From Trichodelitschia bisporula (taxonomy: Eukaryota), in the NCBI GenBank assembly GCA_010356995.1, contig ML996691.1, forward strand, positions 750,174 to 814,173: a stretch of 64,000 nucleotides of DNA, given 5' to 3'. Of this stretch, positions 39,259 to 48,955 are shown one piece after another. Below the pieces are notes generated by a model. It was not told the DNA's origin. It saw only the letters and a list, made by a program, of their open reading frames with translations, and did not search any database. The stretch's first letter is position 1, and every line of letters begins with the position of its first letter. Both the position numbers and the translations under genes were made by a program.

Positions 39259-40730
39259 CGTGAGATTTCACCGCAGAACGGGACTGGACGCGAAGATGAT
39301 GTACGTGAATTAAAGCGGTACAGTAGATACGCAACAGGTCTTGCGCAATACTCTGTAGATCTACCAGATATTGTGTGGACCCAACCAGATTAGCTGTACG
39401 TAGCATATTCCTGATGGAAGCATCAATCGACGGCAGCCAAAACTGGCACCGGCTTCAGAAGTTGAAATGGGGTGGTTCCCCAAAGAGGAAATGCTTCAGT
39501 CACCCCAGCAGCGGGGAGTCAAAGAGAGTGATATGTGACCCCGTGACGGTCGCATTCATAAAGGCTTTGCCAATTAGCGAGCACTCTGCGACGGGCTGTC
39601 GTACTGGTCCAAGCAAAATGAAGCTTGAGCCACTGACGATGGGCAAACCCTTTCCTCTCGTCAGGCACCCAGGCCGCCGGCTGTCATCTGATGTCTTCGC
39701 TTCGGCTCGATCCACGAGCCGTGATCCGAGGCAAGAATGAGGCTGATGCAACGATGATGCTGATGAGCGCAAGGGTTTATGCAGCAGAGATTTCTTGGAG
39801 CCTAGAGGGATCATTGGAGGGAGTATGCGGGGCTCGGGAGTGGGGGGTGCCGGTACCGTACCGTTCGTAGTTCCCGGTTTGGAGATTTTGGAAGGTATGG
39901 GATGGTTGCCTGATGGGTTGGATTGGAGGTACTGCACATGTGCGAAAGCGGAACTTCTCGCGGGCGGGCGCAAGGACGCTAGGGAATGTTCAGTAGCGGA
40001 TGCATACCACTGGTACCCGTTGGCGATATCAGAAACGGATTGGGCGAATGTGGTGGTGGTGATGTGCGCGTGTAGCTAGAGCTTGCTAACGTAGAAGGGT
40101 GGCACATTATTCCACGGCGGCGTCTTCGTACCCGACTGGCTGGTCTTTCTGGGGGGTGTGGGAGGACTTTGACATGGCCGCGACGGGTATGGCGCGGAGG
40201 GTGCACCGGGGGGTGGCGTGGCTTCTTTCTTTGGTGTGGGTGGTGGTGTGGGTGGTGGTGTGGGTGGTGGACTGGGTGGGGAGGCGGTGGTCTTGTGCGC
40301 AAAGGGAAAGGGAGTGAGAGGACATGTTGCTGTTGTTGTGATAGGGGCGATTATTGTTGATGCCTAGACGATGTTGATGTCGATGCGTATTGGCTCATGA
40401 TAATGGGACATAAGGGGAGAGGTGAGTTGAAAGAAACGGGGTCACGATGCAGCTTTTCTCTGAAGGATCAAAGACGACAAGAGAAAGACCTTCTGGACTC
40501 CTTGTCGGGAGGTCGGCGTGGTCGGGTCGGGTGGAGGGTTTGTCGGGCCCAGGCAGGTGGGCTTGATATGCGTTGGCAACAAAAAGACCGCTGCATTTAG
40601 TTCTTCCCCGTGCAGGCGGTGCATTATGTAGCCCGTAGGGCTTGCAGTTGTGTTGGCGGGAGGGATGGGATGGGCTGACTAGGGATGGTGTTGGGGAGAG
40701 CTAAGGATAAAGATGTGTTCTATGGCAGCC

Positions 40731-40934
40731 GGTGGTGATGGTGGTGATGGTGGTGATGGTGGTGATGGTGGTGATGGTGGTGATGGTGGTGATGGTGGTG
40801 ATGGTGGTGATGGTGGTGATGGTGGNNNNNNNNNNGGTGGTGATGGTGGTGATGGTGGTGATGGTGGTGATGGTGGTGATGGTGGTGATGGTGGTGATGG
40901 TGGTGATGGTGGTGATGGTGGTGATGGTGGTGAT
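40731..40934 (+). repeat. (GGTGGTGAT)n minisatellite spanning a 10-N assembly gap (40826-40835)
   Basis: Perfect 9-mers on both sides of the N run; true length unknown. Confidence 0.95.
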
Positions 40935-41097
40935 GGCGATGAGATGGGTTGAGGGGGAGATGAAGCTGCAGTTCTAGATGATGGACTTGTAGTTCTGATG
41001 CACTTTGTCCATTCCAAAATAGGATCGGGAATAGTTGGTAACTACTACGTACAGTCCTAAAGGTCGAGTTCCCAAATCAATGACGCTCTCCCGCTCG

Positions 41098-41117
41098 CCC
41101 CCCCCCCCCCCCCCCCC
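41098..41117 (+). repeat. poly(C)20 tract upstream of VAC7
   Basis: Read directly from the sequence. Confidence 0.9.
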
Positions 41118-41589
41118 AGTCAACTGGCAGTTAGCGAGGAGGAGGAGGAGGAGGAGGTGAAAGCGGAGCGAGGGCCAGTCTCGTCACACGTCGCATCAAC
41201 CTCAACTCCCGAACCTCCACTTCTCCACTTCCACACACACCCACACAACCCATCTCTCTCTCTCTCTCTTCCCTCTCCCCCCCCCCTCTCTCTCTCCCAT
41301 CCACAACTCACCGCAAGCACCTCTCTTCTCACATCTTCTCACCCAGCAGGCTCGCCCAAAACCCTAGTATCTCATCCCAACTCCCCTCCCAATACGGCAT
41401 AGGTACTCGCTTGTCGTATCTTGTACAACTCATCCAGTCAACACCACTACCACCCACGACCACCCCCAATCGCCACAAGTCGACCAACCACTCTCTGCTT
41501 TCTGCACGCTTGACGCTCCCCACGCCAGCCCAGATGCCAACCAGCTCTACGCTGTCTTTACGGCTGCAGCCCGCCTTCCAACCGTCAGC

Positions 41590-44500
41590 ATGACCGAATC
41601 CCACGCCGCGTCCGTCGCCGCTCCTGCTGCTGCACCTTCACCCTCACCCGCGCCAGACCAAGACCCCCGGCCGCCGACGACAACAACGACGCGGCCCGTG
41701 AGTGGCAGCGAGTCCGTCTCAACCTCCACTACCACTACTTCCGTCCCGTCCCTAACCTCATCCGTTGTCAGCGTCGCCGACCTCCCCACCTCACCCCATC
41801 CTACGTCCACACCGCCAACGACGGCGCCAGCAACAACAACAGCACCTTCATCATCGGGCCTCCCAGCTTCTTTCCGTCCACCCTCCACTCGCGCTGCCTC
41901 GCTCCCTCCTTCGGGCCCGCCATCTCTTACCGTCTCCCAAGCTCCCTCATTAACCGCCTCCCCGCGCTCCTCCCGAGACTCGAGCCCCGCCGGCGGTCGT
42001 CCCTCGCGAATACGGACCGCAGCCACTCCCGCGAACGCGCCGCTTCCGACGCCGCAGGGCCCGGGCCCCGCTTCGTCGACGGCCTCGGGCACCGCCCGCG
42101 GAATGCGCTCGCGCAAGAACAGCCACGACGTGAGCCCGCAGCGCCCGCCCGCCGCTGGCCCGGCGAACGTACCCTCTGCTGCTGCCATCCAACGTGCCCT
42201 CAGCGCCGCCGCCGTACCCACCCTGCTACCCCAGGCTGCCGCCATACAGGAGACACTCAGTAAACTGCCGCGCGCCACCAAGAGTGCCGATGCGCCCTCG
42301 TGGCCCATATCTCCCCGCTTGAAGAGTCCCCCGCCGTCCAGTTCGCGGAGAAACTCACTGCGAGCCGGGACGCGTGGGCGCGGCGAGCCGGCTGCGCAGG
42401 CGCCGCCGCAAGCGCCGAGCATAGTGCTGCAAAGGACTGCAACACCCGACAACACTGGAAATGGATCGGGACCGGACAATATGGAGAAGGAGGAGGCGAG
42501 CGCCTTTGCGCCACCGAGGGGGTTAGGACGAGGTGCGAGTGGAGGAACACCGCTCGAGACGGTGCAGGAAGCGAGTAACCCGACGACGCCCGGGTCAAGT
42601 TTGCCCAGGTACGTATGCCGATTTGTGTTGGGATGTGATGTTTTCTTGGCTATGTTTGTCGTCTTTGGATTGTTGCGGTCATTCACAGGTCATTGCTCAG
42701 CTATGACCGCAGTTCGCTTCACTCAAGTTTCCCCACTCTTCTTCTCCACACTTCTCCCCACCTTCCCCATGTGTCTTCCTCTCCACCTTTCTCATTCTGT
42801 ACGCACAATTATTTTTACCATTTACGACGTCGGCTAACCCCCCCATGAGCCAAACTGAGAGCAAGTACTTCGGCATCCTCTCTGACGAAGACCGGCCTGC
42901 ATCCGGCCAAGTTACGCCCCGTCGCGCCAAACACCTCCTCGCCGGTGCCGACTCTGGGAGCGACAGCGGTGGCATGAAACGGGAAGCCAAACGCGAAGCC
43001 TCGGCCGATGCACACGATCCCGACGCGACCCCGCGGCCCAAGATGGTTAACAAGGCATCCTTCAGCAGCTTGCGCCCCAAGGACCCGCATGCCATGACGG
43101 TAGAGACGGAGACGGTCAATTCGGTCGCGCAGCCAACCCTCGGACCCGACGGCGGCACTTTGCGTGTGAAGGCGAGTAGTGAAACGATACGTCCCGGCAA
43201 ATCTCGTAGAAGAGCCGCTCGGAAAGCACCATCGCTTAACTCTAATACTGGTTTGTATGCCCTTTTTGTTTGATTCTAATGCGGGACTACAGAAGAAGAT
43301 ACGAGAGCCGTCCTCGTCGCGAGGTCCAGCTTATGAGTGCCGCCAGCACCATCATACCCATGGGCCAAACCGTCCGTGTCCTTGGTTTCAGGCTGAAGCC
43401 AAGGCTGCGCCTGACGACGATGCCCAGTCCACTACCTCATCTGTATCCGTTGCATCTGTTTGCTCTGCGCTGTTTGACCCCCTTACTGCTCCGTTCAAGC
43501 AAAGAAAGAAAGATCAGGATGAGAAGAAAGAGAGACAGTGTAGTCCTTTCCGGCGCATACCGTTGTCTCGATCCCATGCTAACACATTTTGCACACAGTC
43601 TCAACCCGCGCCGACATCTTTGAGGACCGCGTCAAAAACGCCATGGACGCCGCCAGCAGCGATGATTCGGACGAAACCTTTGTTTACGAATCGAACCCTC
43701 CGGAGCCACAACCACAGCCGCGCCGCAGCAGACATCACTCGCGTACGCCCTCCGGCGCATCACTCGCCAGCATGGCTGAGCAACAGCGCGCCGCCGGACC
43801 CCCCACTGCTCTCCGCTCAATAGGCACGACTCTGGAAGCCCCGCGCGCGATGCCGAAGTCCCGCAGCATGAAGTTCGCAAACGCATACTCCTCGGGCGCT
43901 GACGAAGAATCCATCGATCGTGGCGGCGACGGCACTATCCGCGCCTCGGCGCAACGCGGCACGGCGCATCATCATCACCTCGGTCGGCCTGCGCGCGGCG
44001 GCCACCCGTCGATTCTCGACGATGACGGTGGCCCCTTCCTTCAACCCAAGACCCGCTCGTTAACCGGCATGAGCCGTGCTAACGGCCGTGGCACCAGCAA
44101 CGGCAACGGGTTCAGGGGTAACGCCAATGGACTCGGTCGTAAAGATGTTGGCTACCAGTCGTACGACTTGGATGCTGATGGTGGAGATGACGAGCGTACG
44201 CCGCTGATGAATACCATTCGTGGACCGCGAGGCCGGAGAAACCTCGTTCGTGTGAATCGCCATGGCGACTACCAGACGCTGCCCTCGTACTTGCCTCCAC
44301 GGCGCAATGGCGACACGCGTGGACGTAGTTGCATGAGCCGATTCGCGGGGTGTGTGGTGCTATTCGTTATGTTGATGCTACTCACCTTCGGAGCCGTCGG
44401 GTTCCTCTTCGCCATTAGCACGCCTCTAGCCGAAGTCGAGATCGTCGGCATTGAGAACGTGCTCGCTAGCGAACAAGAGCTAATGGTGGATCTGGTGGTG

Positions 44501-45178
44501 CGCGCCGTCAATCCGAATCTGCTTCCCATAACCGTCGCGGACATGGACATCAATATCTTCGCGAAGAGTAAATTTGTCGGCTCGGAGAAGTGGTGGCGCG
44601 ACCACGGGAAGCTACCACCCCTTGAGGAAGGTGCGGCTCTGGCGACTGTCGCCACGCGCCGCATGAAGGAACACAAGGACCGTGTGCGCGCTACACAAGC
44701 GCCACAGCAGCCTACGGTGAACGCCTCTGGCCTCTTCTGGCCGGACCCAGATCCCGATCCGAGCGGTGGCGACCCCGACGATGACGACCCTTCCCCGAAC
44801 CGGCAGACCATGTTGTTGGGCCGCATCGCGCGTTTCGACAGTCCACTGACATTTGAGGGCTCGTTTTTGCGTCGGCGTGTGGCGCGCTCGTCGACCGGGT
44901 CACTTCGACTTTCAAAGCCGGGGAATCGAACCGAGGCGGGAGGGACGGAGAGATGGGAGCGGGTGCTGCGGCACTCGTTTGAGCTGATTGTACGCGGGAC
45001 GTTACGTTATCGCATTCCGCTTGGAGGCCGCGCACATGCGGTGCCTGTGGCGCGGAGCGTGATTGTGCATCCTGAGAGCGAGGAGGTGGATGAGCCAGTC
45101 GATGGGGAAATAAAGATCTCTAAGAAAGAGGTTGTAAGAGATATGGGGAAGAGGGTGAAGATGATGTTCTGGGGTTGA
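41590..45178 (+). CDS. VAC7: Vacuolar segregation protein Vac7 (Fab1 PI3P 5-kinase activator); probable introns 42610-42849 and 43251-43598
   Basis: MTVETETVNSV and ADIFEDRVKNAMDAASSDDSDETFVYESNP, a TM segment, then NVLASEQELMVDLVVRAVNPN...MLLGRI..FDSPLTF...LSKPGN...WERVLRHSFELIVRGTLRY. Confidence 0.9.
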
Positions 45179-46178
45179 ACAGTTCATGTGGTGGACTCGA
45201 CTGGCCTGTTGGGTGACAGGAGTTGAGTCCAGGAATTCCGCTCCTTTCACGACTTTTCTTTACTTGCGGAATGAGCTGTGGGCATGTTGTTCTACGACCT
45301 CCTCTGTATGCGTGTGTTTTTGGAGGAGGGGTGCTTGTGACCAGGCTTGAAGCCTACAGTCGTTCTTTTCTTTCATTTTGTCATCCTCACAAACATTGCG
45401 ATGGAGTGATCGGCGGGACGGGGTTAGGCTTGATGGGGGGCGCACGTTTTTCGCGCCCTAATGCTTTTGTTTTTGAGGGTTTTTACGAACGTGTGCAGGT
45501 TTGCAATTGAGAGACATGAAGCGTAAAGGGGCTTGCTTGGGCTTTGTGGGAGGACAGACAAAATGTTTGTTGATACTGATAAAGGATGGTATTACCACTA
45601 TAGACTTTTGGCTTCCCGGGCCAGGGAAGAGTTGAGGGGATGAGTTCGATGACGGTTTGAGGAGTGGTGATGAATCTTGTTGCGTGAAGTGTGTTAATGC
45701 TTGCTGTGTGCTAACTGTACGTATGGAGCTGCTCGCCTGTTAGCGGCCAGGAGTGAGGTCATGTACTAGATGATAGACTGGTTGGGAAAAGATTAATCAA
45801 CGGCTGTTCAAGTTGCGCTGAGAACACCCCCGGGCCTGGGTTTGAAAGTTCTTTTGGACCATCTTTCTGCTGCACATTGTGAAGCTCTGTTCTCGAGGAG
45901 ACTGCTGCCATTCAACGGAGTTGACGGCGCGCACATGACAGTAGTCCGATCTGGTCATTTAGCGTTGGGACGATGCATTTGCTGCTTGGTGAGCAATGGA
46001 CGTCGGGATGCTACATCTTCATCCGATTTCGGAGCTACGTCATTTCGCTCAGGCATCCACCACGAGCCGAGCCATGCCCAGAGTCTTAAAAGACCCTTAA
46101 GCTGGCCCCTTCTTCGCTCCACAACCTCAACCTCACCCCCACTCCAACCCTACACCATCTCCCCATCCACTTCCCACC

Positions 46179-46676
46179 ATGAGTACCGAACTCACCACCC
46201 AAGCAACCTCCCAGCCCACAGATCCAGCACACGACCCCGCCCTAGCAAGCCACATATCTCACGTTCTAGAAACCCGCCTCAGCGCCTCCCCCATCTACGT
46301 GCTTCTCCTCCCTCCCAGCTCCATAACCCTGACCCACGTTTCCAAAGGCCTCATCCGCGCCCGCCTCACCCTGACCGCCGCGCACCTCAACTCGTCCGGC
46401 AGTCTGCACGGCGGCGCGGCGGCCACAATGGTCGACTGGGCCGGCGGGCTGGCGATTGCGGCGTGGGACGGGCGCGAGCGCACGGGCGTCAGTGTCGAGA
46501 TTGCGACGAGTTATCTGGCGGGGGCAGGCTTGGGGACGGAGATTGAGATTGAGGGGAGGGCGGAGAGGGTGGGTGGGAATTTGGCGTGGACGAGTGTTGG
46601 GATTTGGGAGGTTAAGGAGGGGAGGAGGGGAAAGACGTTGGTGTTGGGGAAGCATACTAAGTTTGTGAGGCAGTAG
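46179..46676 (+). CDS. Hotdog-fold acyl-CoA thioesterase (PaaI/ACOT13 family)
   Basis: HLNSSGSLHGGAAATMVD...GVSVEIATSYL...VGGNLAW...GKHTKFV. Confidence 0.9.
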   Translation: MSTELTTQATSQPTDPAHDPALASHISHVLETRLSASPIYVLLLPPSSITLTHVSKGLIRARLTLTAAHLNSSGSLHGGAAATMVDWAGGLAIAAWDGRERTGVSVEIATSYLAGAGLGTEIEIEGRAERVGGNLAWTSVGIWEVKEGRRGKTLVLGKHTKFVRQ

Positions 46677-47026
46677 GGTTGGGTGTCCTTCCTGTGCAGA
46701 AGAACGAGGTGGGGGGTTTGGAGGATGCTCAGCATTGCCGCCTCTTTAAGTTCGCACGACTTGCTGAGTGCGTAACTCACTCTAAGCGGCTAAAATAACG
46801 CTTCCCTGTCCACTTGACACCTGTACGGCTTCTCAAATGCCGCCTGGGCTGTCCGGGGGGATACATGTCTACATTTCAGTTGTCGTTGAGCGAGAGGAAC
46901 ATGATCCGGGCGAACTTGATACACATGGTTGCGCTATACTTAGAATTACTACGTAGGAATGGTTAAGGTTATGTTCCACATCTATGAGGTTTGCTTCTTC
47001 ACACCATCCCAACCATCAAAATTTGC

Positions 47027-47031
47027 AAAAA
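47027..47031 (-). terminator. Pol III T-run terminator of the tRNA
   Basis: TTTTT on the minus strand about 20 nt downstream of the tRNA 3' end. Confidence 0.55.
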
Positions 47032-47051
47032 GCGAATATCGTGAGAGAACA

Positions 47052-47146
47052 AGCCGAAGGCGGGGCTCGAACCCGCGACCTTGAGGTTGAACAGTGCGCT
47101 TACGCTTGCTAAGAGCCACACGCTCTACCGATTGAGCTACCCCGGC
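47052..47146 (-). tRNA. tRNA-Lys(CUU) with 22-nt intron (47088-47109)
   Basis: Reverse complement GCCGGGG TA GCTC AATCGGTA GAGC G TGTGG CT CTT A[intron]A CCTCA AGGTC GCGGG TTCGAGC CCCGC CTTCGGC T; 73 nt when spliced. Confidence 0.93.
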
Positions 47147-47490
47147 AAGTATTGCACAATTTATTTTTCTTGGAGTATATATGGTCAACTAGTAAATTTT
47201 CTTCATGATACTTCATCCAGGGCCACACATTGGCATAGTTAGTTCATAAAGCTTCCATCAATGATGTGAACTAAGCCCAATGGAAAAATTCAAGGACTGT
47301 CTCGTGCTCCAGAGTGTATCCATAACTTCCTAGTGTACAAATAAGACCGTTCACTGGTAGGCGCCGATTGAGCCCGGGGTATAGGCCATCCAACCGTCCA
47401 TCAACCGCACAGGATCATAATCATAACCTCATTCCACGTCCATATCGGGACCCTCTGCACCACCGCACCACCGCGCCACCGCACACACCA

Positions 47491-48408
47491 TCACCCAGTC
47501 CCAAACGCCGTGCGACCCTGTCCATGCGCCGCAAGCTTCAAATTCTCAAACCCAGGCTCAGGGAGCCTCTTCCCGCGCTTGATACTATCCAGCACCCACT
47601 CCACGCCCACAAACCTCTTCCCCGCTCCCCGGCACCTCATAATCTCCCGCTGCTTCTTCCCCGCCGCCAGTCCACCGCCCACGCCGCCTGCCGCTGAATT
47701 GGTGCCCAGGACGACGTGCGTTACAGATTTGCTTATGCCGAGGGCGACACGCCCGCCGTGCGAGGCGATGAGTTGCTTGAGTTTGTGGTCTGAGACGAGC
47801 GGGGCGGTGGAGCCGTTGATGTAGAAGACTACGTGCCGGAAGAGGGGCTTTGGGGGTGGTGGGGGTTGGGCGGAGGGGGCTGGTTGACCTGAAGGTGGCA
47901 GTTGACCTGAAACTGGCAGTTCGTCTGAGGGTGGTAGTTTATCAGAGGGTGGTAGGTGTGGCCTTGGCCTCGGTGTCTCGCGGTCCGGTTCCGAGAGCTC
48001 AGTCACAGCGGTGGGCTCCGCCGTGTCGGCCGTAGACCGCTTCTGAACACCTCCAACCTCCCACAGCGTGCGCTGTTTCCCCTTCGCTCCCTTGGTCACC
48101 CCGCCAAACTGCAAGTTGATCTGCTGCGTTCGCACTGCACGCCACGCCGTGCCCGATCCTCCATCTCCAAGCTGGTGGCCTGTGGACGACGAGTTGTACG
48201 CGTCGAAGTAGGTATTTGAAGGTACCGGGGTTTCCACCTTGGTGCTGGATGCTTTTGAGATGATACTGGCGCTGGCGTGCGGTTTGGAAGTGGTGAAGAG
48301 GGGGGCCTTAGGCGTGCTCTGCATCTGCGTCTGCGTCTGTGATGCGCGGGCACGCGCGCCGGGAGTGGCGTTGCGGGTCAGCGGGCCGACGCGCTGATTG
48401 CCGGGCAT
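47491..48408 (-). CDS. Stand-alone BRCT-domain protein (Rev1-type BRCT)
   Basis: C-terminal LFRHVVFYINGSTAPLVSDHKLKQLIASHGG...VTHVV...FVGVEWVLDSIKRGKRLPE; N-terminal FDAYNSSSTGHQ motif. First ATG at 48408. Confidence 0.85.
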   Translation of the reverse strand: MPGNQRVGPLTRNATPGARARASQTQTQMQSTPKAPLFTTSKPHASASIISKASSTKVETPVPSNTYFDAYNSSSTGHQLGDGGSGTAWRAVRTQQINLQFGGVTKGAKGKQRTLWEVGGVQKRSTADTAEPTAVTELSEPDRETPRPRPHLPPSDKLPPSDELPVSGQLPPSGQPAPSAQPPPPPKPLFRHVVFYINGSTAPLVSDHKLKQLIASHGGRVALGISKSVTHVVLGTNSAAGGVGGGLAAGKKQREIMRCRGAGKRFVGVEWVLDSIKRGKRLPEPGFENLKLAAHGQGRTAFGTG

Positions 48409-48955
48409 GACGAATACGCGCGATTGCGTCAACGGGATGCCTTTGATTGGAGACGTTGAGTGGCGCGTCGTTGGTACAAGTAAAAGAAAGAAAGAGGAAG
48501 AGAATGATGGGTTTCCCTTGCGGGACTATGCAGGAACGTGGCTGTGGTCAACTGTTGTTAGGATAAGGTTGTGACGGAGGGCGTGCTAGTGTGGGCGCCT
48601 GGAGGTTAAGTGCGAGATGGTCAAGGAAATTAGGGACAGTCACTGGAGGTGTGCCAGGCTTGCGGCCCTTGTTGTCTTGCTCTTCGGGACAAAGGGTGCA
48701 TCCTGTTGTTTGCGATTCATTTGTCGATTGGACGCCCCCAGGGGTGCTGGCTGGACAGGTAACGCGGAACGCGTCAACGCGAAATCAATACGAGGTCATG
48801 CGCCGTGGATTTGCTCAACCCTAGACAACTGCCATCCATTACGTCGTCTACATACATTATCCACTAGATCGTCCGCATCCCGCTATCCATCGTGCCGTTT
48901 GTACAAAATCGCACAAATGAGTCCGAGTCCGGCAGCCAGCCCCCGTCTTCTCAAA

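Noticed and set aside
40679..41017. ORFs encoding (SPP)n, (GGD)n or (VVM)n, resembling extensin- or collagen-like proteins
   Set aside because: They are by-products of a stop-free 9-bp minisatellite spanning an assembly gap, with no signal peptide or credible gene context.
41547..42686. 379-aa antisense ORF over VAC7, and similar antisense ORFs over DPB2, COG4, wee1 and the WSC gene
   Set aside because: These are shadow ORFs expected from GC-rich codon usage, with no recognisable domains.
46674..46775. Stop-codon readthrough to a cryptic peroxisomal signal in the thioesterase
   Set aside because: The stop context is TAG GGT rather than TGA CTA, and the extension ends in LSA, not a PTS1.
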